Shown here: positions 26,927 through 35,641 of the stretch, piece after piece
How the letters are laid out: every line of letters begins with the position of its first letter
Position numbering within the stretch: position 1 is the first letter of the stretch
Origin: a virus
Length of the DNA: 64,000 bases
Direction: 5' to 3' (one strand)
Virus record (IMG/VR): IMGVR_UViG_3300044977_000094
Coordinates: 96,001-160,000 of that record
Made by a program: the position numbers and the translations under genes
Notes under the pieces: model-generated
What the model was told of the DNA's origin: nothing
Database searches by the model: none
Seen by the model: only the letters and a program-made list of their open reading frames with translations

Positions 26927-27310
26927 TCACGCGCCCCCTCGCGGATGCTCGGCGTGGTGGGTCGTGCCGGTCGTCTCGCCGTACCGGTCCGGATACGACA
27001 GGGTCACCGTCGCCTGGTACTGCGACGAATCCTCGACCGGGCCCGGGGTGCGCGCCCACGCGATGTTGTGCAGCTCGGCGCGAGGCGACTGACGCACCAG
27101 GGCCACGACCGCCTCCAATGCCTCCAGTTGGCTGCTGCCGGTGCACACGACCGCGGTCTGCAGGGTGGCCGCTATGTCGTGGACGGCGCCGAGCTGCTCC
27201 ACGACCCGCCATGCCTGCTGCAGGTCCCCGACCGCGTCGCCCATCTGCCCGGGGACGGCGGCCGGCGCCGCTGGTGGGGTGATGCGCACGACGGCGCCGG
27301 GGTCGCTCAC
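26927..27310 (-). CDS. Hypothetical protein
   Basis: GTGA-coupled ORF. Confidence 0.6.
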   Translation of the reverse strand: MSDPGAVVRITPPAAPAAVPGQMGDAVGDLQQAWRVVEQLGAVHDIAATLQTAVVCTGSSQLEALEAVVALVRQSPRAELHNIAWARTPGPVEDSSQYQATVTLSYPDRYGETTGTTHHAEHPRGGA

Positions 27311-27468
27311 CACAGCTCCCGCAGCGCGGGGTACTGCCGGAGGAGGGCCTGTACGGTCTGGTAGCCCTCCGGGGTGATGCGCGCAGTCAGGCCCGCGGTG
27401 CGCAGCGCGAGGAACTCGGCCCACGCGTCGGTGGGCACGCCGGATGGTCGGGTGAGGGTGGGGGTCAT
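27307..27468 (-). CDS. 53-aa hypothetical protein
   Basis: GGAG RBS; ATGA overlap. Confidence 0.55.
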   Translation of the reverse strand: MTPTLTRPSGVPTDAWAEFLALRTAGLTARITPEGYQTVQALLRQYPALRELW

Positions 27469-27914
27469 GCTGGCGTCTCCGTGGTGAGGGTGGTCCGGTT
27501 CAGGGCGTGCTGGTGCTGGAGGGCGGCGGCCAGCCACGGTGGTCCGCTGAGGCGCGGGGTGGACGGCAGGTGCAGCCACTGGAAGCGGTTGCTGGGCCCG
27601 CGGTCCGTGGGGGTGCTGAGCCAGCCGCCGCGCCCTATGAGGCGGCAGCCGGGCGGGTAGGTGGCGCTGTGGCCGGGGCTGACGAGGAAGTGCACTTGGC
27701 CAGCCTTCGTGTCGTGCAGGACCGGTCCGAGGCGCCTGCGCTCGTACTGGTTCTCGTGCAGCAGGTACGTGAGCGCGGGCAGCGCGAGGTCGGCTGGGGT
27801 GCGGACCGCATCCCACAGGACGCCCGCGGGCCACATGACGACGGGGTGGTCCAGGCAGCGGGTGAAGCCCTCCGGGGTCAGCCACGCCGTGGCACTCACC
27901 GGGCTTGTGGTCAT
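27465..27914 (-). CDS. Hypothetical protein (Prim-Pol-like fragment typical of Streptomyces XRE loci)
   Basis: AGVLWDAVRTP...LGPVLHD...VHFLV pattern. Confidence 0.7.
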   Translation of the reverse strand: MTTSPVSATAWLTPEGFTRCLDHPVVMWPAGVLWDAVRTPADLALPALTYLLHENQYERRRLGPVLHDTKAGQVHFLVSPGHSATYPPGCRLIGRGGWLSTPTDRGPSNRFQWLHLPSTPRLSGPPWLAAALQHQHALNRTTLTTETPA

Positions 27915-28117
27915 GACGCCAGCCTCAGGCAGTCAGGGTGCGCGGCGACAGCCCAGCCGAGGGGCTGGCCCGGCCGTACCTCGACCTCGACGTATCCCGC
28001 TCGCACCAGGACGCCCCCACTCGCCGCGCAGGCCACGCACGCCTTGCCGTGCAGCTGCGCGTAAGAGTAGTGACGTCCTGCGCCCGGGGCGCACGCCTGC
28101 GCCTGATGCTCCGACAT
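27911..28117 (-). CDS. Small zinc-finger protein
   Basis: QLHGKACVAC...AHPDC; GAGG RBS. Confidence 0.65.
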   Translation of the reverse strand: MSEHQAQACAPGAGRHYSYAQLHGKACVACAASGGVLVRAGYVEVEVRPGQPLGWAVAAHPDCLRLAS

Positions 28118-28179
28118 GTCCGCTCGCACCTCTCGCGATCCACCAGACGAAAACCGCTGGTACGAGTAGCGTCGACAAT

Positions 28180-28244
28180 GCGGACACCCAACCACAGGGT
28201 CTGACTGTCCGCACCCGTCCGCACCCTCGCGGACAGCGCGGACA
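28180..28244. repeat. Five GCGGAC(A) motifs in both orientations (operator array)
   Basis: Forward copies at 28180, 28229 and 28238; reverse copies at 28206 and 28217. Confidence 0.7.
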
Positions 28245-28257
28245 CCCAGGGGAACAC

Positions 28258-29433
28258 GTGAACGACGAGACCTTCGGCCAGCTCCTCAAGCGCTTACGCG
28301 GAGACCTCTCCCTACGCGACCTCGCGCGCCTCGCGAACTGCGGAAAGTCCGCCATCGGCGACCTCGAATCCGGACGCCGCCGCCCCACCCTGCACATGGC
28401 CCAAACCCTGGACCGCGCCCTGGACACCGGCGGCGCCCTCGCCCACCACGTACAAAGCCCGCCCGGAACCCCCGCCATCCAGGTTGCCGCAGCCCTGCAG
28501 CGCGACCTCGCGGACAGTCTCGCCGCCGGACCCATGACCGATGCCGGACTCGAAGAGTGGGACTACCAAGTCTCCCGCCACGGCCGCGCCACCCGCTACC
28601 GCACCGAAGCCGACCTGCTGCCCGAGCTCGTCGCCGACATGACCGACCTCCAGCGGCTCCTCGCCCACCGGCACCCCCTGAACGTGCGCCGCCGCTTGCT
28701 GGCCACGGCCGCAGGCCTGTCCGGGCTCCTCGCGCTGACCCTGCTGAAGCTCGACGACGCGTCCGCCCGGGACTGGTGGCGCACCGGCCGCGCCGCCGCG
28801 ACCGCAGCCGAGAACCGGCCCGTCCTCGCCTGGATCTACGCCCAGGAGTCCTATCAGCGCTACTACGACAACGACCTCGCCGGCGCCGTGGAACTCGCCG
28901 TCCGCGCCCAGCAGCTGGCCGGCGGGCTGCCGTGCGTTGCGGATGCTCTCGCCGCGCCGCTGGAAGCCCGCGCGCACGCCGCCGCAGGCCGCTGGGACGA
29001 GACGGTGGCGGCGCTGGCCCGTGCGCAGGTCGCGTTCGACCGGCTGCCCGAGGAAGACCGGCAGCCCTCCGCGCTCGGCTACGACGAAGCACAGCTGCGG
29101 TTCCACTCCGGGTCGGCATGGACGCTCCTCCACGACACCGGGCGCGCCTGGGAGGAGCAACAGCAGGCCCTGGCCCTGTATTCGGACGAGCAGCGCACGG
29201 ACCGGTCGCTGGTGATACTGGACCGCGCCTCATGCCTCGCCTGGGACGGTGACCCGGCGACGGCCGCGTCGATGGCGGCACAGACACTGCTGGAACTCCC
29301 CTTGGAGCATCGCTCGCCGCTGATCGTCTACCGTGCCCGTGATCTTGCCGCTACAGTCCCCGAGACAGCCAGGTCACTGCCGGAGATGCGGGTCCTGCGG
29401 GAGATCCTCGCCCTGCCCTCCGGAGCCGTCTGA
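28258..29433 (+). CDS. XRE-HTH regulator with helical-repeat (TPR-like) C-terminal domain
   Basis: FGQLLKRLRGDLSLRDLA...IGDLESGRRRP, followed by Ala/Leu-rich helical repeats. Confidence 0.85.
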   Translation: MNDETFGQLLKRLRGDLSLRDLARLANCGKSAIGDLESGRRRPTLHMAQTLDRALDTGGALAHHVQSPPGTPAIQVAAALQRDLADSLAAGPMTDAGLEEWDYQVSRHGRATRYRTEADLLPELVADMTDLQRLLAHRHPLNVRRRLLATAAGLSGLLALTLLKLDDASARDWWRTGRAAATAAENRPVLAWIYAQESYQRYYDNDLAGAVELAVRAQQLAGGLPCVADALAAPLEARAHAAAGRWDETVAALARAQVAFDRLPEEDRQPSALGYDEAQLRFHSGSAWTLLHDTGRAWEEQQQALALYSDEQRTDRSLVILDRASCLAWDGDPATAASMAAQTLLELPLEHRSPLIVYRARDLAATVPETARSLPEMRVLREILALPSGAV

Positions 29434-29446
29434 AAGGGGCACCGCC

Positions 29447-29896
29447 GTGGGCATCACGATTCGTCAGGCCGTCGAGCAGGACGTCGAGGCCATCTCCCGT
29501 CTCCTCGGTGAGGTGGAGGCGTACTACGGCGGCGACAATGAGCCCGCGGATGAGACGCAGGTCCGCGTGGCCCTGTTCGACGAGCCTGTGTCCGCGACGG
29601 TGCTCCTGGCTGTCGACGGGGCGACGGTGGTGGGGTTGGCGTCGTTCTCCCGCTTGTGGCCCGCTGCGGGCGCGGATACGTCCATGTACCTGAAGGAGCT
29701 GTTCGTCGCCGAGACCGCCCGCCGTCGGGGTGTTGGCGCGCAGCTCCTGGACGCGGTGAAGGAAGCCGCCGAGATGGCTGGGTGCAGTCGTCTGGAGTGG
29801 ACCGGCGACACGGACAATCCGGCCGCGCTCGGCTTCTACAAGAAGCTGGGTGTGCCGGTCAACGACGGTAAGGTCTTTTACCGGCTCTCGCTGTAG
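29447..29896 (+). CDS. GNAT-family N-acetyltransferase (diamine/SSAT-like)
   Basis: YLKELFV...RRRGVGAQLL (acetyl-CoA motif A); N..ALGFYKKLG. Confidence 0.9.
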   Translation: MGITIRQAVEQDVEAISRLLGEVEAYYGGDNEPADETQVRVALFDEPVSATVLLAVDGATVVGLASFSRLWPAAGADTSMYLKELFVAETARRRGVGAQLLDAVKEAAEMAGCSRLEWTGDTDNPAALGFYKKLGVPVNDGKVFYRLSL

Positions 29897-29995
29897 CCAA
29901 CCGGCTGCGAGTACGACGAAGCCCGGCCCCGATGCGAGCGGGGCCGGCACGGGTGCCTGTTGGTCAGCTCACCGCTTCCAGCGGCCGCCCCCACC

Positions 29996-30025
29996 TGGGT
30001 TTTCACGGATGTCCGTGAAAACCCA
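29996..30025. repeat. Perfect 14-bp inverted repeat with a 2-bp centre
   Basis: TGGGTTTTCACGGA-TG-TCCGTGAAAACCCA. Confidence 0.9.
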
Positions 30026-30055
30026 CGCCCGCGCCTCCCGAAGGAGACGCGGGCG
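30026..30055. terminator. Stem-loop between convergent genes
   Basis: CGCCCGCGCCTCC-CGAA-GGAGACGCGGGCG. Confidence 0.6.
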
Positions 30056-30064
30056 CCTGCCGGC

Positions 30065-31225
30065 TCAGCGAGACTGCGTAATCGCACGTCCGCCACCGGG
30101 CCTTCCCTGCATGCGGGTCCGCAAGCTCACTACATTGTCGACAGCCTTCGGAGCCGGATCTGAACCCGCATCCGGTGCCAATGACCGCATCAACACCGGA
30201 TGCAAGCCGAGGTCATCTGCAGCCTGCAGCACCGACGGCGGCTCCCCATATCGGCGCACCAGCATCGCCCGCATCAACGCCGGCTGCTCAGCATGCACCG
30301 TTACGGGCTCCTGTGTCCGCCATCCCCGAGCGGCGATCTGCTTGTACAGACTGGTCTTCCTGTCGTCGTCGATCAGCCCAAGATGGCTCGCCCGCATGAT
30401 GAACGCCTGGATCGACACCCCCCAGCGGCCCTTCAGTGCAGCCAGATCCCGCAGCGTGAAAACGCCCTCAAGGGCCTCGCGGGCCCGCTCCTGCGGGAAG
30501 AGGAACGCGCCCGCGAACCGGTGAGCCTCCTTCTCTGCATCCGCCGCCGACAGGCCGCGACGTGCCGTGTGCAGGACCAGGTGCCCCAACTCGTGAGCGA
30601 CGGTGAACCGCTGGCGATCACCACTGCCTGCGGCGAAGTAGCTGATCAGATAGGGGTCGTCCGCCCCACGCCAACAGGAGACGCCAGAGTGGCCGACGAC
30701 GATCTCCTCGCCGTGCCCTTGGGCGTCGACCAGGACGAGCGGTACCACTGGGATCCCGGCACGCTCGCACGTCCGGATCACATGGCGCAGCACACCGTCA
30801 CGGCCAACGGCCAGCGCGTCACGGGTCTGCTCCGCCAGCGTCTCGATCATGTCGCCGTCAATGTCGCCCTCGGCGCGGGGCAGCTGGAGACGCCGCACGC
30901 GAGTCTCCGCCAGCAGCCGGGCGGCCACGCGGTACGCCTCGCGGACGGTCGCCTCGACCCGCTTCACTTCTTTGGCTGACGCGCCGGCCCGCTTGCGGAA
31001 GGCCAGGGTGTCTGTGGGCAAGTCATCCGGATCGACGTCGAAGAAGGCCCGGGGGGTGCTGGTAGCAGCCGCCACCTTGGAGAGGAAGTCCTCCGTGGCC
31101 AGCTTGGTGTGCTTCTCGATGTAGTGGATGAGGGGCTGCGACACGCCTGCGATAGCTGCGAGCTCGTCCTGAGACAGGCCCATCAGCAGTCGCAGGGTGC
31201 GCAGCCGCTCGCCTGCATCAGGCAC
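30065..31225 (-). CDS. XRE-HTH fused to an ImmA/IrrE-family zinc metallopeptidase
   Basis: N-terminal HTH (RLRTLRLLMGLSQDELA); LAFRK; DRQRFTVAHELGH (HExxH); EKEAHRFAGAFLFP. Confidence 0.92.
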   Translation of the reverse strand: MPDAGERLRTLRLLMGLSQDELAAIAGVSQPLIHYIEKHTKLATEDFLSKVAAATSTPRAFFDVDPDDLPTDTLAFRKRAGASAKEVKRVEATVREAYRVAARLLAETRVRRLQLPRAEGDIDGDMIETLAEQTRDALAVGRDGVLRHVIRTCERAGIPVVPLVLVDAQGHGEEIVVGHSGVSCWRGADDPYLISYFAAGSGDRQRFTVAHELGHLVLHTARRGLSAADAEKEAHRFAGAFLFPQERAREALEGVFTLRDLAALKGRWGVSIQAFIMRASHLGLIDDDRKTSLYKQIAARGWRTQEPVTVHAEQPALMRAMLVRRYGEPPSVLQAADDLGLHPVLMRSLAPDAGSDPAPKAVDNVVSLRTRMQGRPGGGRAITQSR

Positions 31226-31832
31226 CGGTGTCGCCCTCTTCGCGGCGCTCGTCGCTGTCGAGCTCGAAGGGGAGCACGAAGTCCTCGTCGTTCGGAATGA
31301 ACTCGATCTTGGTGAGATCTTCGGCGCTGCGGGGGAGGGTGAAGTCGATGTCCGTCTTGGCGTTGCGTCCCAGGCTCCATGCGCCGACCGGGCGCACGAT
31401 CCGAATGCTGAGTTCGCCGGTCTTCGTGTCGTTGGTCCACACGGCGAGGAGCCTGCTGGACTCGACTCCGAATAGGTCGAGGGTGGGGTTGCGGTAGTAG
31501 CTGACGCGGGCCTGGTTTCGGCCGGGCGGCGGCGTGTCTGCGAACGGAGCCCCGTGCAGGACGCGGATGAGCATGAGGCCGTTGGCGAGCAGGATGCGTC
31601 CGCTGACGGTCTTGCGCAGTTCCCAGCCGCCGAGGTCCTCGCTGGACAGAAGTCGACGGGCATGGTCCCGGGTGAGGTCGGTGCGGCCCTTGGTGTAGCC
31701 GTGGCCGTTCATCTTGTGCTTGTCGTAGTGCTCGTGAGCGACGAGGCGTCCCTTGTCCAGGGCGTCGTGGAGGGGGACGGCGAGGTCGGTGGTGGCCTCG
31801 GTGATGTACTGCGCATCAGCAGGTGTGAGCAT
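31218..31832 (-). CDS. Hypothetical protein, putative toxin partner of the ImmA/IrrE protein
   Basis: 204 aa; 8-nt overlap with the downstream gene; own leaderless promoter. Confidence 0.75.
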   Translation of the reverse strand: MLTPADAQYITEATTDLAVPLHDALDKGRLVAHEHYDKHKMNGHGYTKGRTDLTRDHARRLLSSEDLGGWELRKTVSGRILLANGLMLIRVLHGAPFADTPPPGRNQARVSYYRNPTLDLFGVESSRLLAVWTNDTKTGELSIRIVRPVGAWSLGRNAKTDIDFTLPRSAEDLTKIEFIPNDEDFVLPFELDSDERREEGDTGA

Positions 31833-31869
31833 AGCGGTTATTTTATAACCCCGAATTACACACTCGCAA
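31833..31869 (-). promoter_or_regulatory. Sigma70-type promoter with an overlapping palindromic operator
   Basis: TTGCGA-N18-TAAAAT-7 nt-ATG; palindrome GGTTAT-N3-ATAACC at 31836-31850. Confidence 0.8.
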
Positions 31870-31919
31870 GGACCCGGGCGTGGCGTGTCCTGGTCCACCT
31901 TCCTGGAAGAATGATCTCT

Positions 31920-32141
31920 ATGCCTCCGCCTCGCCCGACCCCGGACCCGCAGCGTGCGATCGAGCGCGCCAACGCGCGGATCCGGGCGTACCTGCGCGGC
32001 ATCCCCGGACGCTCGCCGGCCACCACGGAGCAGCGCGCCGAGTACCACCGGCTCGTCGACGCCTACCTCACCGCCGTCAACCAGCGGGACGAGGCCCGGC
32101 GGCGGGAGGGCGAGGACGACGGCGAGCCCGTCGCAGCCTGA
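31920..32141 (+). CDS. Small hypothetical protein
   Basis: ANARIRAYL...EQRAEYHRLVDAYL pattern common in Streptomyces mobile elements. Confidence 0.65.
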   Translation: MPPPRPTPDPQRAIERANARIRAYLRGIPGRSPATTEQRAEYHRLVDAYLTAVNQRDEARRREGEDDGEPVAA

Positions 32142-32167
32142 CCAGCACTCGCACGTATGCTCGGGCC

Positions 32168-32413
32168 GTGCCCGATGACCAGCCACTCCCCGAAGACCTC
32201 GTCGACCTCCAGCGCGCAGTGTTCGCAGCCCAAGAAGCCCTCAGGGCATACGACGGCGACGACCCCCAGCAGCGCGAAGCCCTCCGCCAAGCCGAACGCG
32301 AAGCCGTCCTCGCCCTCAACCGGCACCCCGGCTACCTCGCCGCCCGCCAAGGCGGCGGCGACTGGCAAGACCTCTGGGAAGCCGCCGGACGACCCCGCAC
32401 CGTCCCCAAGTAG
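32168..32413 (+). CDS. Small hypothetical protein
   Basis: LPEDLVDLQRAVFAA...; typical end-of-lysis-region gene. Confidence 0.65.
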   Translation: MPDDQPLPEDLVDLQRAVFAAQEALRAYDGDDPQQREALRQAEREAVLALNRHPGYLAARQGGGDWQDLWEAAGRPRTVPK

Positions 32414-32429
32414 CCCCGAACGCACGAAA

Positions 32430-32467
32430 GCGCCCCGCTCCGCCGCCGTAAGGCAGCAGAGCGGGGC
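32430..32467. terminator. Stem-loop after the endolysin, probably bidirectional
   Basis: CGCCCCGCTC...GAGCGGGGCG. Confidence 0.6.
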
Positions 32468-32539
32468 GATCCATGTGCAGCCACGGGCCCGATGCCCGCG
32501 CGGGGGCCGGACAGCATGGCGACAAGCAGGGGGGATGGG

Positions 32540-33430
32540 TCAGCCCTTCGGGACCTGCAGGCCGTCCCAGGACTCCTTCCCCGGCGGCCACTTCAGGGCG
32601 TCGCCGGTCCAGCCGAGGTTGTGGCGCCGCGAGAACTCCGCCTGCCACGCCTCGTACGAGTTCACGTCCCCGGTCCCGATGACGTCCTTGCCCAGACTCG
32701 ACCGGTACTTGTCACAGCCCTCCGCGACCAGCCGCGCATGCATCCGGCCCACCACGGGCGACACCCGGCCCATCGTGAACCACGCCGCGCCCGGAAACGG
32801 CTCATACGACGGGGCCGGGGCGGGCTTCGGCGCCGGAGGCTTCGGAACCTTCGCCGACGCCCACGCCCGCAACGCAGCCGCGCTAGCCGCCGCCGACACA
32901 TCCTGATCCACCCCACCAGCAACCGCCCACTGATGGAACATCCACGGATGCTCAATCCCCGGCTCACCAGCAGGCAGACCCGTCGTCGCGATCCACAGGA
33001 AATCCCCGCAGTCCGACGTCGTATCCACGTTCAACCAGTAGTCCTTGTTGCAGTACAAGCCCGTCTGGTGCTGCGGCTGCTTGCCCCGCACATACGCCAA
33101 CCACGCGCCCTTGAACACAGCCTGCGCCGGCTTCGGCACCGCGAGGTTCGCCGCGTCGTAGCCCTCCCAGTCCAGACACAACACCTCACCCGCCGTCGGC
33201 TGCGCCACCGACAGGAAGTGATCCGCCTCCGCCGCCGGCGAGTTCGCCATATCCGGGTAGTGATACAGCCCCACAACCAGACCGGCCGCCGCGGCGTGCG
33301 CGCGCTGCTGCTGCCACAGCGGATTGACGTAGGTCAGGCCCTGCGTGACCTTGATGAAGGCAAACGACAGGCCCGACGTGCTCGGGGTGGGCGACTGGTA
33401 CGACGCCCAGTCCTGGCCGTTGACGGTCAT
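32540..33430 (-). CDS. Endolysin: GH25 muramidase plus C-terminal peptidoglycan-binding domain
   Basis: GQDWASYQ; FAFIKVTQG; LDWE (DxE); C-terminal YEPFPGAAWF...RLVAEGC. Confidence 0.92.
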   Translation of the reverse strand: MTVNGQDWASYQSPTPSTSGLSFAFIKVTQGLTYVNPLWQQQRAHAAAAGLVVGLYHYPDMANSPAAEADHFLSVAQPTAGEVLCLDWEGYDAANLAVPKPAQAVFKGAWLAYVRGKQPQHQTGLYCNKDYWLNVDTTSDCGDFLWIATTGLPAGEPGIEHPWMFHQWAVAGGVDQDVSAAASAAALRAWASAKVPKPPAPKPAPAPSYEPFPGAAWFTMGRVSPVVGRMHARLVAEGCDKYRSSLGKDVIGTGDVNSYEAWQAEFSRRHNLGWTGDALKWPPGKESWDGLQVPKG

Positions 33431-33442
33431 GGTGCGCTCCTG

Positions 33443-33841
33443 TCAGACCGCGGCGGGCGGTGCGGGGATCGGCGCCGGCCCCGGTGCCGGCTGCGGGACG
33501 AGAGACGCCGTCGGAGTCACGTGGATGCGCAGGACCAGCGACAGCACGGCCACGACGACAGCGTTCAGCGAGCTGACCTCCCCGGTCGTGACGTGAGGCA
33601 CACCGAAGGCCATCAGGACCGTGGCCACGGCCGACAGCGCACCGGTCAGCGCCGCCACCGGGAACGGGCGCACGCTCACCGCCGCGACAAGCGCCAGGAC
33701 CGCGGTGGTCACCGCCTCCAGCGCGCCGGTCTGGCCAGCCGTGAGACTGAAGCCGAGGCCCACGACGAGGGCCAGCAGGGACTGCACCAGGCCGGTGATC
33801 AGCACCGGCTCAGTTCGGATGGTGTTGACGATTCTGCTCAT
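33443..33841 (-). CDS. Holin-like membrane protein (internally duplicated, about 4 TM)
   Basis: EPVL motif, hydrophobic helices and C-terminal VTP; directly upstream of the endolysin. Confidence 0.75.
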   Translation of the reverse strand: MSRIVNTIRTEPVLITGLVQSLLALVVGLGFSLTAGQTGALEAVTTAVLALVAAVSVRPFPVAALTGALSAVATVLMAFGVPHVTTGEVSSLNAVVVAVLSLVLRIHVTPTASLVPQPAPGPAPIPAPPAAV

Positions 33842-33854
33842 GGTGAGGGTCCCT

Positions 33855-34685
33855 TCAGGCCGCGAGGATGAGCTGCTTGTAGTCCGCATAGGCGCCGAGG
33901 AGCGCCAGCGTGGACAGGTGGATCCGGTACGAGCCGTGATCGCCCCACGACTCCGACCAGGAGTTACGGACGCGCACGTGGGACTTGTCGCCGTCGATCC
34001 GGCCGAGCAACCCGGTCGTCAGGCGCTCCACGGCGGTGATGCAGGTCTCGTGACCGCCGGCCACGCCGGAGGCGATCGCCCGCTCCAGCGCCGCGATACC
34101 GCCGTCGCCGTCGACGAATCCCAGGGAGTCGGGCTCCATCCACGCCTCGAACCAGGGCAGGCCCACCATGACGGTGCCCCCCTGGAGCAACGAGACGACG
34201 TTGCGTATCCCGGAGGCGGTCTTGTGACCTGAGGCCAGGCCCTTCTTCTCCAGCTCCGTGCACACGTACAGGCCGGTGCTGCCGCAGTCGGTCGGCGGCC
34301 ACTCCTGTGCCGGGTCGCCGGTCTGGTCGGTGACGTCGTGGTACAGCTTGATCGCGAACTTCTCGCCGCCGACGCTGTCAGTGGTCGACAGGCCGATCTG
34401 CGGGAGCGCCGCGGCTCCATGGAGGGCGGCGTACCGCTCTGCCACGTGTGCGGTGCCGGAGTTGCAGGTGCAGGATCCGAGCGCGTCGACCTTCGCCGCT
34501 CCGGGGACCAGGGCCGAGGTGTCGATGCCCTGTGCCAGGAGATCCTCCTGGTCCAGGACCGGGATCGGGGACTCGTGGTCGACCTCGCGCAGCGTCTCGC
34601 CGCGGTGCAGGTGCATGCGGTCCAGGCGCATCGGCATCGGTGCCGCGTGCCGGCCGAACTTGGTGGGGGTGATGCCTTCGTACAT
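33855..34685 (-). CDS. Papain-like (C1 family) cysteine peptidase
   Basis: DQ...GSCT (catalytic Cys); GGHE (His); VRNSWSESWGDHG (Asn). Confidence 0.88.
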   Translation of the reverse strand: MYEGITPTKFGRHAAPMPMRLDRMHLHRGETLREVDHESPIPVLDQEDLLAQGIDTSALVPGAAKVDALGSCTCNSGTAHVAERYAALHGAAALPQIGLSTTDSVGGEKFAIKLYHDVTDQTGDPAQEWPPTDCGSTGLYVCTELEKKGLASGHKTASGIRNVVSLLQGGTVMVGLPWFEAWMEPDSLGFVDGDGGIAALERAIASGVAGGHETCITAVERLTTGLLGRIDGDKSHVRVRNSWSESWGDHGSYRIHLSTLALLGAYADYKQLILAA

Positions 34686-34707
34686 GGGCCCCTCCGGGCA
34701 TGGGAAA

Positions 34708-34726
34708 GCCCCCGACTCGCGGGGGC
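34708..34726 (-). terminator. Terminator-like hairpin between the permease-like gene and the peptidase
   Basis: GCCCCCG-CGAGT-CGGGGGC followed by TTT on the minus strand. Confidence 0.5.
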
Positions 34727-34748
34727 GTGAGTGGTGGAGCGGAGGTGC

Positions 34749-35207
34749 TCAGGCGTCTGCGGGATCCACATGAACGGAGGCCGCGACGTTCACCTGTACA
34801 GGTGCGGTCTGCTGCTCGATGACGGCGAGGCGCTCGGTCAGCGCGGTCAGCTGCTCGGCCAGGGATGCGAGGGTGGCCAGCTCCTGGCGCTCGTCGGCGA
34901 GGCTCTCGTCGGTGCTGGCCCCGATGTGCTGCAGGAGCAGTTCGAGGCTGCGCTCCTGCCGGTTGTTGCTCGCCGCGATCAGGAAGCCGATGAACAGCTC
35001 CAGGATGGTCGTCACGGTGTTCAGCGGGAAGTTCCAGCTGTTCGACGTGAACCAGACCGGCAGGAAGCTGGACTTGGCGATGACCGGGCCAAGCAGCGTC
35101 CACGCCACCAGCAGCACGAACCAGATCCCGATGTTCTGCGGTGTGCCGATGGCGTACGAGACGCGGTCGGCGGCGTCGACGAAGCGGTCGATCAGGCGAC
35201 GGCTCAT
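34749..35207 (-). CDS. Low-affinity iron permease (Fet4-like) / DUF1003-like membrane protein
   Basis: F..AADRVSYAIGTP...W..LGP...SW.F.LNTVTTI..LFIGFLI...NNR resembles the family core W..INTGTTI..FL.VFLIQ..QNR. Confidence 0.7.
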   Translation of the reverse strand: MSRRLIDRFVDAADRVSYAIGTPQNIGIWFVLLVAWTLLGPVIAKSSFLPVWFTSNSWNFPLNTVTTILELFIGFLIAASNNRQERSLELLLQHIGASTDESLADERQELATLASLAEQLTALTERLAVIEQQTAPVQVNVAASVHVDPADA

Positions 35208-35641
35208 GCAGCACTCCCGGGCAGGAACAGGCCGCACAGCAGCACGGCGATGAAAATCGCGGCCAGGACCGCGCCGGTCTCGACCAGAGCGCGCAGTGGA
35301 CGCCGATTGGGTCGCATCAGCGCCACCGCGACGCCGATCCCGATGCAGATGACCACCGAGGCGCCGATCGCCAGCGGGCCCGTATCGAACGCGTACGGCA
35401 GCGCCGGCAGCGCCGCCCCGAGGCCCGTGGCGAGGCCCATCACGCAGGACGCGCCGAAGCCGTTGTCGCTCTCGCTGAGCCACTCCCCGCCCGCCATCGA
35501 CAAGGCAGAGCTGATCGCACCCGACACAGCCGCCGGGAAGATCAGATCGCGGTGGCCCAACAGGTAGAGCACGACGCCGAGCAGCGACATCATGCCGTCG
35601 GACAGCCCGAATATCGCCGGGCGAACGAGCCGCTGCTTCAA
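35204..35641 (-). CDS. Minimal VIT1/CCC1-family Fe2+/Mn2+ transporter-like protein
   Basis: IFGLSDG (TM1 Asp), ALSMAGGEWLS (TM2 Met), GAALPALPY; about 5 TM; TTG start overlapping the upstream stop. Confidence 0.8.
   Translation of the reverse strand: MKQRLVRPAIFGLSDGMMSLLGVVLYLLGHRDLIFPAAVSGAISSALSMAGGEWLSESDNGFGASCVMGLATGLGAALPALPYAFDTGPLAIGASVVICIGIGVAVALMRPNRRPLRALVETGAVLAAIFIAVLLCGLFLPGSAA

Noticed and set aside
32149-32164. Degenerate LexA boxes (TCGCAC-GTAT-GCTCGG here; GGGAAC-ATGC-GTGCGA at 26455-26470)
   Set aside because: Three mismatches each to the consensus; too weak to call in GC-rich DNA.
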